Assembly: GCA_016748015.1 (NCBI GenBank)
Contig: JAAOMT010000523.1
Span: 372,001 to 436,000, forward strand
DNA length: 64,000 bases
Direction of reading: 5' to 3'
Source of the DNA: Geosiphon pyriformis uo1
Taxonomy: Eukaryota; Fungi; Glomeromycota
Positions 24,761 through 36,800 of this stretch are shown piece by piece (the stretch's first letter is position 1; each line of letters starts with the position of its first letter). A program made the position numbers and the translations under genes. The notes beneath the pieces were generated by a model. It did not search any database and had not been told where the DNA came from. It saw only the letters and a list, made by a program, of their open reading frames with translations.

Positions 24761-27124
24761 AAGATTTAATAGAGGAAAACAAAATTGATACCCTAATTAA
24801 TAAACTTTGTATCTTTGTTAATTGATGGTATTTAATGAGGATCATCAATAAGCACCAACATGATATTAAAACTCACGCCAGTCATTCGCAAGATCATTTT
24901 GACAAACTTGGGGTGAAAGATTACGAAACTTGTAATTTCCGAAAATCCAAAATGTCATAATTGCATGTGCTACATGAAAAGAACTGAATAATGTTTACAA
25001 TTGCAATAAAATATTTATGAATGTTACATAGTTCAAAGAATTAACAATTTTAATTATTTACATATGTTTTTGAACATAATTCGAGTGTACTTAATATAAA
25101 AATTTCTTGTTAACAAAAGTCTTATTTTATTAAAATTATTGTTGAAATCATTTATTCATGATTATATTAAAACATGTAAATAATAAAATTGGTAAAATGT
25201 TATAATTTTAAATAAGACATTAAAAAATAAAATAATTTTTACTTTAAATTATATTAGAAAATTAAAACAATTTATCTAAATAAGAAATTAAACTTACAAT
25301 TAATTTTTTTTTTTTTTTGAAATATAAAAAGTAAAACACAAAATTTTAGTAATATATAATAATATAGTAATATATGTTTTTTATTATATTTTTGCAAAGA
25401 CATCTTTTTATTGTGAACTTAATAATTGCTTTTAATAGTAATATAATAAAAAAACAACAAAAAAGATTGTTTATAGTTATAATAGTGGTATTTTTTTCTA
25501 AAAACAAAAGATTTAAATTAATAATATTAAGTATTTTAATAATAATAAAAATATATATTTTAAGCAGATTTTTGAATAGTATTAGTGAATTTTCAAACAT
25601 AAAAACTAACTTAAATAGAAAAAAAAACAATATTTATTAATTATTAGTTTTAATTCTAAAATAAATATTTTTAAAACAAAAAAAATCCAAAAAAATCAAA
25701 GATACTTGTTAAAAAATTCTATGTTTTAAATATTAATATCTTAATAGTTAAAAAAAAGCATTATAATAAAAGTATTAATTATTTAAAAGTTTATTTTTAA
25801 TAGTAAATAAATTTAAAAAAAGCAATTATCTTAGCTTTATTCTAATTTTAAATAATAATATTAATCTGATTACAAATTATTAAACTATAATAAAAAGCTA
25901 TAATAAAATTTGTTAAATTAGATTAAATTAATTTGTTAACATTCAAATAATTAATATTAATTAGCAAAAATTTAATAATATAATCAAAACTAATATAAAT
26001 TAAATAATTTGATTTGTTAAGTAATTGTTTTAAAATACTGTTATTTATTTTGTTTATAAATATAATTATATATAATTTTGGTATTTTTTTGAAAAAACCT
26101 GGTAAAAAAACTTGTATTATTAATTGCATATTTATTATTAATTTTAAGATCTATTATATAATAGTTTGTTTTTGAATTTAAAAAAATTTTAAGTTAAGTT
26201 TATTATACTATTTTTGTATTTAATAAAACAAAACTAAAGAGTTGAATTAAGGCTTAAATTAAAAATAAGTTTAATAATATATAAATTTTTGCTTCTGATT
26301 TAAACTTTAATTATTTAAAGTTTAAAATTACAATTATTATAAAAAATAATTTAACTTATTATGTTTGCAAAGTTTTTAAGATAATTAGTTAATTAAGTTT
26401 TTTTTTTAAAAACAAATTTTTAATTTTTATTTTGAATTTATATGTTAATACTTTATTAAATATATATTTAAATTAGATTAATAATCTTAATTTTTTATAA
26501 TTAAGTTAATAAAAAGTTTTTTTGCTGTTTTAAATAGTAATTCAATAAAAATAATTTTAAGAAAAGTTCTAATTTTAAAAAGTATTTGGATTTTAATTTG
26601 GTTAATTTTTAATATATAACTTAATAATTAAAACAATAATATAAAACAATTTAAAAAAAGTAAAAAAATCATTAATTGTATTTTTATTTTTATTTTACTA
26701 TTAAATACTAAATAAATATGTTTAAAGAATATTTTTTTATTAAAAGCAATTATATATCTATTTTTTTTAAAAATTTTAAAATTAATATAAGTTTTTTTTA
26801 TAATATAATATATAGTTTAGCTGATAAAATTTTTAAAAAAATTTAGTCTTATAGTTTTAATAATTTTAAATTTATAAAATTAAAATTTTTAGTTTTTAAG
26901 ATTATTAAGATTTTTAGTTTGAACTTTTAGATATAATTTTTTGTTTTAATTTTAATTTATTTTAAATTTTAATATTTATTTAATTGGAAAATAATATTTT
27001 TTTTCTCTCGTCGATCCTCTGGCCACTGCGAAAGCGAGAGAATTTTTAAGAGAAATCACTTTACTTTATTCCTTTACCCTTCATTCATCAAGTCATTTCT
27101 TCTACTATACCTCTATTTGTCGCA

Positions 27125-29068
27125 ATGGAACCAATAGGCTCTTCTGCTGGTGGTTTTGGCTCAGTTTCGGCTGGTTTGGGGACCTGTCAGAGTGCGAAGA
27201 AGAAGCACGTAGATATGGTCTACTCTTGGAGTGCATCCTACAAGAAACCAAAGAAGCCTGCTGCTGGTAATGTGGTCAATTCATCTACTAGATTGCTAAG
27301 CCTGGAGGATATTGGTGGTGCTGGTGCCAAGCCTGTGGTGTCCTGGGGCAGTGAGGTTGGCAGTGTTACTAGTAGTGTCAGTGGTCTCTCAGATGTTGAA
27401 AATATGGTGACCACAATGGCTGAGGAAACCAGCTATGCAGAATCAGGTGAGGACAATGGCATGGACGAAAATACACCGAGGAAGACTCGTATTCAAACAT
27501 ATATGCTGGGCAACCTACTGAAGTGATCTTTGTTTGACCATATGAGTGACGATGAAAAAGCGCTGGAGCTTCCTCCCTCTAAATTCAATGGTGCCAATCA
27601 GATGCCGCATATCAGGTCACGTGCCCCGGAAAAAAGAAATTTCGAGCCAGTAAAATTTTTCGCATTAGATATTGAGGTTTCGGCAGTGCCTGAGAAGACA
27701 AATATTGATAAGTTGATGGCAGTTAAAAAAATTTTTTATCGAATTGATGGATTTGGGAGAGCTTCAACTCTCTCAAAATTTCCAGGAATAATAAGATTAT
27801 CATTTACATCTGAAAAAAGCTTGGTTAAGACAAGGGAAATGGCAATTAATGAGAAGATTTTGGTAAATGATGATCTAAGAAAAGTAAACAGCCATTCAGA
27901 TTGGGAAGTGATTGTTAAGGAGATTCCAGTGGATCTTCCCAAATTGGCAGTGGATTCGGCATTTTTTAAATTCAGCAAAATTGTTTTGATCAAAATGCAG
28001 CTGACTGGTTTTTGGCAAAAGACCCTAATTGAGTTTGAGTTATTTGAAGTAGCTAGTCTGGTTGTGTCCAAATGGTCAGTCCTTATGGGAAAAGATTCGG
28101 TGCATGTGGCTTTGGCAGTCAGTGATAAACAAATGTGGGTATTAAAGGATCAGCATTAGGCTTTGCTTTATACTCTTCCAGTTGGCACCACTGCCCATGA
28201 TCTTTCCAGTTTGTTGGAATCATATGGTGGAAAGACTTGTTTCATTGGCCATAATCCTAATTCATATGTTCATGATAGATGTGTTATAATTTGTTTTGGT
28301 GATGAGGCATTTAAGTTGGCTGCTATTGGTACTGTTCCAGTTTTCAAGGGTGTGAGTTTGTATTAGGCTGGTCTTTTTTTGGCCAGTTGCACTCGTTGTA
28401 AACAATTTGGTCATGTTATGATCAACTGTTCCTTGGGTGAGAATTCTGGTGTTCGTGGAAAGAGAATGGTTTCTGATCAAGATTGGATTTGTCTGGCTAG
28501 GATATATAAGAAAAAGTCAGCTCTTATTGCTTATCCAGTCTTATTTGGTGGTAAAATATGGGTCCAAGTTGCTGGTGGCTTTCCTTCTTGTGTGGTTCTC
28601 TCTGGTTTGGTTGGTGCTGGTTTGCATTCTGGTTTGGTTTCTCCTTCAATGATGACTGATTCTCCTACCATTTCTCATTTGAATAACCGGCTGGCAATTT
28701 TGGAGCATTCTTTGGAGCTTTTGACTGACCGCATTTTTGGCATTTTGGTTTGACTAGAATCTATTGGTTTGGTTCCTGTGGTAATCTCATCTCTGAGCTC
28801 TCTTTCTGTTGTTTCTGAGATTATGACTTCTGATGTGAATTCTGATATGATTGTGGATACTGCTTTGGTCTCATCTAGTACTCCTCTCTCCATCGTTCAT
28901 AATGCTGTTGTTGAGCTCAGCTCTAGTAGTTCCAAAGTCCTCACTGCCAAAGTGGGTGGTTTGGAAATAAAATTGATTGCTTTGAAGGCCTTGGTTGGTT
29001 CAGTTTTGGATAAGTTAAATATTTTGTGCTTTGGTTCAGGTTTGTCAGTTCCTCTGTCTTCTCAATGA
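27125..29068 (+). pseudogene. LINE copy B ORF1 with CCHC zinc knuckle
   Basis: Five fragments in one frame separated by 4 stops; CTRCKQFGHVMINC is CX2CX4HX4C. Confidence 0.88.
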
Positions 29069-32000
29069 CTCACTTAATTTGGAAAATTGCTGCATGTAAT
29101 GTCAGAGGTATGAACAATTGTGTGAAGCAGGCAGACATTATACATTGGCATAAGGATATGAACAATCTGGTCTCCATTGTTACTGAGACAAAGTTAAGAG
29201 GCATGGTTCATTCATGGATCACCAATAAGTTCGATGGTGTTTGTGTTTTTACTTCTGGTTTGGATTCTGGTCACATGGGATCTGGTGTTGCAATAATTAT
29301 AGACTCTTTTTTAGCGAAGCATGTGTGCAAGATTTTGGAGATACCTGGTCAGCTGTTGTCAATAAGGCTGCTTTTTGGGAATAAACTTTCTGTGTTTATT
29401 CTTGGACTGTATGCTGGTGCATCTTCAGTGATTCAGTTTTCTCAGGCTAGTAATATCAATTCTCTCATTGCCAGAGCTGTGAATAAGACTTCTTTTGTCA
29501 TTCTTGGTGGCGATTTCAATGAAGATAGGTCTCATAAATGTGCCAGTTTCAGAAAGTGTTTTGATTTGGGTCTGGTCAACTCTCTAAATGGAAGCACTTT
29601 TGTGAAGTTACCAACATAGTGCAATTCTCATGGTATTGCCAAAATGATTGATTACGTGTTAGTTTCCTCTAGTTTAGTTAATGCAATCATGGATTGTGGT
29701 GTGGTGGGTGTTGAGAATTTTTTTGATACTGATCATAGGGCTGTTTCTGTTTCTGTAGATCTGGGTGGTTTGTTAGATGTGCAGCCGCTATCACTATGCA
29801 AACAGGCCAATAAAGATCATTGAAAGTTCGATGTTAAAAATGCCAGTGAAAAGAAGTAGTTGGAGTTTAAGAATACTACAGCTGCTAATGCTTCTATGCT
29901 TTCAGATGCATTTGTTGTGGCTATGAAGTTTTTGGATAAGGATGCAATATGGGACATTCAAGAAAAAATGGTTCAAGGGTTATAGTAGTGTTTTCAATAA
30001 GGTTTTTTCTAAGTTTCATAGACTAGAACTGCTTGTGTCTAAGCTAGTTAAGGCCTCTTGTCTGGTTTGTGGTGGGAATTTTGCTTCTTTGTTGAACACA
30101 TGGGATAGGCTTGACTCAGTTGGTGCCTCGCCAGTGAAGTCTCTATTTTTTTTGGGTTCTGGTTTTGATGCTATTTGCTCTAAACTGGCTAAGACGAGGA
30201 AAGTTTACTGCTCTTCGAAGATGATGGAGTCTAAGCGCACTAAGGAATCTCATATTAGACAGACTATTAAGAGAAGAATGGAAAGTTTTGAAGTGGATAA
30301 GGGACACACCATCAGAAGTGTTCTGAAGCATCTTTTTCATAAGGTGGTACTGGATCACTTGGTCGCGGATGAGGAGTTGGTTCTGGAGCCAGATTTGGTT
30401 AAATCTAAGATCAATGAGATCATGGAAGGTTGGACTAGGAAGTATGCAGTAATGCCAGATATTTCTGATGACTGGGTGCACTAATTTCAGCCTTTGGACT
30501 ATGTCTTTGATGATGCCTTCTCTGAAGTAATGTGTTTGATTGGTTTTGATGAGTTGCTTACAGTTGTCTCTAATTTGCCCGATGGTAAGACGGCTGGTCT
30601 TTCTGGTGTCTTCAATGAATTGTAGAAACACTGTGATAGAAAAGTTTTGGATATGCTTTTGTTATTGTTGAATTTTTGTTTGGAACATGAATCTGTACCT
30701 GGATCTTGGAAGGAAGCTTGGATGTCAATGATTCCTAAACCATATGAATGGGAGGGCATTCTTATAAATACTTGTCCTATTGTATTGATTAAAACGGCCT
30801 GCAAGATTCTTTCTAAGATTCTCTCAGACAGAATTTCTTCGGTCTGCAGCAGGTTTGATGTTTTGCATGGGGACAATTTCTCTGTATTAAAGGGTATGAC
30901 AATACAATCGCCCATTTTTGCTATTGGTTCTGTGGTAGAAGATGCATTGGAAAAGGGCTGGGAACTGTGGCTGGTTTTGTAGAATATGTGAAAAGCATAT
31001 GATTCTGTTGGCTGGGTGCATCTCAGAAGGAGTTTGGTTAGGATTAAGATGTGTAACAAGTTTATTAAATTTTTTGATGACATTCACAATAATTGCACCA
31101 ACAGGGTGATAACAGATTTTGGCTTGACTAATGGTTACTGTGTTCATGATAGTCTGGACCAAGGGGAGGTTTTTTTGCCACTTCTTTGGTGCATATTTTA
31201 CAATTCACTCTTGTGTGAAGTCAAATGACAGGAAAGTATGTGTGGTTATAGGTTGAACTCTCATTTTATTTCCAGAACTGGCCAGGTGAAGCCTCAGGCC
31301 AGGCTGACATCATTCTTGGCTGCTGGTGCTTTTGTTAATGATACCATTTGGGTTGGTAGTAGCCAGGCTGCTATGCAGCACATCTTTAATGTTGCTAGTG
31401 AATTTTTTAGAATTAATGACATTTCAATTAACAATGACAAGACTGTAGTCATTCTTATCAACAGCCAGATTGCGAATCCTTCTTTGACTATCAGTGGCTC
31501 ACCTATCTCTATCGCCAAGAAGGGTGAACCTCATCAGTATCTGAGTATTTTTTTGTCTTCTGAAAGTCTTTCGACATCTAGTCTGGCTAAAGCTCACTCG
31601 GATGTTTGGTTCTTTGTTAATCTTGTTCTGAGAAAGACAGTCTTGGACAAACAATTTGCGTATTTGGCTTCTGCAATTCTTCTGTCTATCATCAGCTACA
31701 GAACTCAGTTCAGCTTCATTCCTGTTAGTGTGTGTAATAAGTGGGACTCTATGGTTCGCAGGTGCTTGAAGTCTAAGTCTAGACTGCCACTCAATTTCCC
31801 CAATAACGCAGTTTATCATCCTTCTTTGTACAATTTTAAAACTTTTGAACAGATCCAAGCTGAGAGTAAATCAGCTGCTGTTTTGGCTTTTGCGAATTCA
31901 GTTGGTATTTTGGGTCGTTTGTTTTCTCACAGGTCTCATGATCTTCAGGCTCTCAGTTAGCGTCCCTGTCACCCTTTGCTGTTTCCAGCTCATGTTTATG

Positions 32001-33718
32001 TCAGCCCTTCAAACAACTTTCTGTCAGGTGTGGTTTGTATTTTTTTTGGGTGTGACTTGTCTTTGGGCACTTCTCTAGCCAGCACTTTTCGTCTCCGGGG
32101 TGGCACTCCTATGTCTCTTGTTCTAGGTGAGCCAAGATTTCTCAAATGTGTTCCTTCGCTCAAATGCTATGGTATCGCTTTTATGGAACAGTTTTGTGAC
32201 AAACATGGTGTTGCTTTCAGTTGGAAGACCTTCAAACATTGGAAAAAACTGGATCCCTATGGTCTGGTTCCTGTTTGGTTTGATATTTCTGTTCAGTTTT
32301 TTGGTAGCATTGTTCCTTCTTTTGTGTACTCTTTCTCTGTGAGCGATCATGCTTCTCCTAATATTTGTCTTTCTCACAATTTTGGGATTGTTTGTGACAA
32401 TTTGTTAGATATTGATGCTGCTGTTCACCTCTCTGTATATACAAATAGGTCTCTAAGTAGTTTGGGTACTGTTGGTATGAAGACTGGTGCTGCTGTTTTC
32501 TTTGAGAATATTGATTTGGGGTTGGGTGTGAAGGTGTCTGGTTTGGTTTCCTCTATGCTTATGGAGTTGCAGGCCATTGCTCTGGCTCTTGAGTGTGTTT
32601 CCTCTCTTTGTTCAGTGGATTTGTTCTCAGACAGCCAGGCTGCTTTGGATGCATGCAGATCCGAATCCCTATTGGCTCAGCCAGACTTCAGAAATTGTTG
32701 TTGGATCGAGCGTTGCCACATTGCTAATGTTATTTGTGATAAAAATTTGGATGTAAATTGGATCAAAGTAAAAGGTCATTCAAGTGTCCCTGGCAATAAA
32801 CATGCTGACTTACTTGCGGGGATCACTGCCTCATCTTCTTGGTGGCTGCCACACAGAGTTGATAAATGGTTTTTAAGAGCTGGTAACTTTGCCATTTTTG
32901 GTAATTCAAGACATTTTGTTCACAATATCTTCCAGTCAATTTATTAGGTACGTTGAGAGATTGGGTCCAGTTCCCAAGTTTTGGTGGATAGTTTGCAAGA
33001 TGATGTTGATTGGGCCAGGTCTGTTTTGGTGTAGCACCCGGATTCCCACATGGCTGCTGGCTTCACTAGTTTGCGTATTGCTGGCTTTCGGACTTATTTC
33101 ATAAAGGCTCTGCATCATCGACTTTCTGTCACTGTGCATAAGTGTCTATATGATAGGCTTTACCCCAGTATAGTGTGCTTATTCTGTGGTAATGTTGAGA
33201 TCTTTGATCATGTTTTTTTTTGCTCTTTTGACACCGTTGGCCATGAGCATTTAATGAACACTTATGCGGCTGTTTGGGAGGCACGCTCTGGTTTATCTTG
33301 TTCTTTTTCATGCATTTCACAGTTACTGTCCACTTGTGCTTCAAATTGTGTAGTTGGGGTGGCACTATGTAAAGGATTTGTTTTCAATAATTGGTATCGT
33401 GAATCTGTCTCTGTTTTTAAGGATCCCAAGGTGGCAGCTTGTAACATGATGTCCTTTGTGTGTGAGTTTTGTGCTGCATTCTGGGATGAAATTTGGTTGG
33501 TTCGTGTAAGACACTGGGCAGTGATGGAGAAGGGTAGGCTAATTCCTCATGACGGCTCTGTTCCTGCCTCTGTTTCTGGTTTTTCCATGGGTCTTTCAGC
33601 AGGTGTTGTTAGATTGTTAAGGGTTGCTAATGCAATTGGCATTTGTTTCAGGTTTCGTAGGTCTTGTTTATTTTTTTCTGGTGCTAGTGAAGAGGTTTTT
33701 GTTCACATAAGTGCATAG
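29065..33718 (+). pseudogene. LINE copy B ORF2 (APE-RT-RNase H-CCHC)
   Basis: MTHLIWKIAACNVRG, ETKL, LGGDFN, IDYV, TDH (APE); KAYDSV, QGEV, AFVNDT (RT); YTNRS, ELQAI, SDSQAA, KGHSSVPGNKHAD (RNase H); CLFCGNVEIFDHVFFC. Twelve stops and one frameshift near 29950. Confidence 0.9.
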
Positions 33719-33859
33719 TGTTGTTCTGACTGGTCTGGGTGACTGGTCACGTGTAGAAAAGACATGATTCACATCTAGTTTAGATTATTTAATGATATAT
33801 TGTACTAGGTAGTGTTTGGACTTCACTCATTAAATGAAATAAAAAAAAAAAAATTAATT

Positions 33860-36800
33860 GTTTTTAAATATATAAAAAGTTTTATTATAAATAAAAATTA
33901 TAAAAGTATTATCAAATATTTATTATTAAATTATTGTATTATAAGTAATAAACTGATTTTGGTTTTAAATAAAATTAAATTTAAAGTAAATAATATTATA
34001 GAAAACTAAACAAAAAAAAAACCAATATTAATTTTAGTTTCTAATTTGTAATTATATCAAAACTTTTTTTTATTTATATAAATAATAATGTTTTTTTAAT
34101 ATAATAATGTAATTTTGCTTTAGTAAAATTTTTAATGTAATAAAAATTAGTTAAATAAAAAAACTGTTAATTTGTTTAAAATTACTAATAAATTTTAAAA
34201 GTATTATAATAAATATAGTTTAAGATTTTTTTTAAATTTGTTAAATTTGTGTTTATATTATAAATAAAAATTTGGATTTTTGTAATATTAAAGCCATATA
34301 AATAAGAAAAAATTTTAACAAATACTTATTTAATAGCTTTAATTAAAATTATTAAAAAATATTTTTTAAAAATTTTGTTTAATTGTATTTCTGTTATTTA
34401 TAATAAGTTTAATGTTTTTTATAAAAATAATTTTTCAATTTTAAAAAGTACTTTAATTTAGTTTTCAATTTTTTTTATGTAAAATTAAAAAACATAAACA
34501 TTTGTGTAATTATAAAATAGATTTTAATTTTATTATTAAAACTGGTAAAATTAAAATCCAAACTAATTTGACTTTATAATTAATAATTAAAGTATTTATT
34601 AATAATACAATTTAGATTAAAAATAGTTAGATATTTGTTTAGTATATTTTAAATATTACAAATGAGTTTTTTAATATTAAAAATATTTTAATTAACAATA
34701 ATAAAACAATAGTTATTTTTTTTAATCAAAAAATTAAAATTGTTTTTTTATATATTAATAGTTTGTTAATTTTTATTATAAAAAATTTTTACAAATATTT
34801 AGATTTTTATTTGTTAATAAATAATTTGTTTAAATCTAGTTTGATAAAATTTTTTATAAATATAATATTAACAAATTTCTTAAATAGTATTAATTGTATT
34901 ACAATCTATTATTAGTTATAAATTTTAATTTAATTTTATTTTAAAAATTATTTATAATAAGTAAAATATTTTAATTTAACAAAATTTAAAATTTAAAACC
35001 AATTTATTTAAATAAATTAGTTTATTATTTTTTTTATATGATTTAAAATTTTTTAAACAAATATAAACAAAAATAATAATATTAATTATGGTTTTTTTAA
35101 ATGTTTAAAATATTTTTGGCTGACTATTTAATTATAAAGTCATAAATTTACAAATATTAAGTTGAATATTCAAGTATTTATTACAATATTTTATAAGTTT
35201 AAATGTTAATTTTAATGATAATTTTCTGACTAAAATTATTAAAATTTTTTAAAATATAATTTATTATTTATAACCAATATTTTTTGTATATATAATATTT
35301 TAATATTAAATATTTTAAATAATTTAGTTTTTTTGACATATTATACTTTCTAAAAAAATTAAAAATGGCTTTTATTAATTAATTTTTAAGTAAATATAGA
35401 ATATATTTTAATTAAAAGTTTTTTTGCTATTAAAAAAAACTTAATTCAAAATATCTAATATTTATTTAATTCAAAATAACTTATAAATTTTTGAATAATA
35501 ATTTTTTTTGTAAAAAAATTCTGTTTTTTCTTATTTGCTTTTATTATTACAATATATATAATATAAGTTGTTTTGCTATAATTGGTAAATACTTAATATT
35601 ATTGGATTAAATATAAAATAAAACTGCATAATAAATAAAAAACAGTTTTTATAATTTTTTAAAAAACACTAAATATTAAAATAAAAATTAATTTAAAAAA
35701 TAAGTTTTTATAATATTAATTAAATTTTTTAAATTAAATAATACTATAAATTAATTAAATATAAATATATAAAAAATATAATTTATTTTTATAATTAGTA
35801 ATAATTTATTAAAGTTAATAATCTTATAGTTAAAATTTATTTAATTATATATATTAGTTATTTTATTTTTAGAATAAATTATTAAATTTTCATTATAGTA
35901 TAACTTTATTATTATTTAATATAATAACTATTTAAAGTTTTAAATTATATATAATTTACATATTTTTTATTATGCCTAATAAATATATTAATTTTTTAGA
36001 AAAAAAAACTAAAAAGTCTTAAACAAATAGTAATTTTGATTTAATACTTAATAAAAATTTACTTTTTTTTATTATAACATGAAGTTTTAAATTAAGTAAT
36101 TATATCTTTTTTCTATAATTAATAATTAAATCTTAAACAAATTTAACCAAATACAAAGTGGCCAATTTAATATTAATAAAAACAAACTTTGTTTTAGTTA
36201 TTTAAAACTCAAATATAAAATTTTTATCTATAATTAAATACAAATTAATATTATTAGTATTAAGATATAACAATTAAAAAACTAATAATAACAAATTAGC
36301 ATTAATTAAGAATTTTTAAAGTATTATTTAATTAATTAATAAATCTATACAAACAAAAAAATCAAAATTGTAATTAAAAAATTTTATCTTAGTATAATTA
36401 ATATATAAAATATTGAAGTAGTATTTATTATATAATTTTTTCTTGATAATAATAAAAAGTTTTTTGTGTAAAATTATTTTCTTATTTATAAAATTAATAT
36501 AATAATTTTAACTTACTTATATTTTTATTTTTATTTTATTTCTTTTTTATTTTGTATATTATTAAATTTTGTAAAAAATATTAAATAAATATTTATTAAA
36601 AATATAAACAATATTTGTTTTAAATTATAAAAGTATTAATATAAAACATATAATTATAACAATTATATTATTTTTAATAAAAGTATAATTTATTTTTTAA
36701 TTTTTTAACTTTTTTGTTATATTTTTAAAAATAATAATAATTAAAATATTTATAAAACTAAGATATTTATAAAACTAATTTTATATATTAAATCTTTACA

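Larger units (their letters stand above)
26986..33853 (+). mobile_element. Full-length, inactivated LINE (copy B, diverged from A), poly(A) 33839-33853, candidate TSD TTAATT(G)
   Basis: ORF1 27125-29068, ORF2 29065-33718, 3'UTR homologous to copy A. TTAATTG occurs at 26980-26986 and directly after the tail at 33854-33860. Confidence 0.93.

Noticed and set aside
25346-26129. I/K/N/F-rich ORFs in AT deserts (also 18133, 33812, 43800, 45679, 45921)
   Set aside because: Their composition simply mirrors A/T codons, most use non-ATG starts, and none has a domain.
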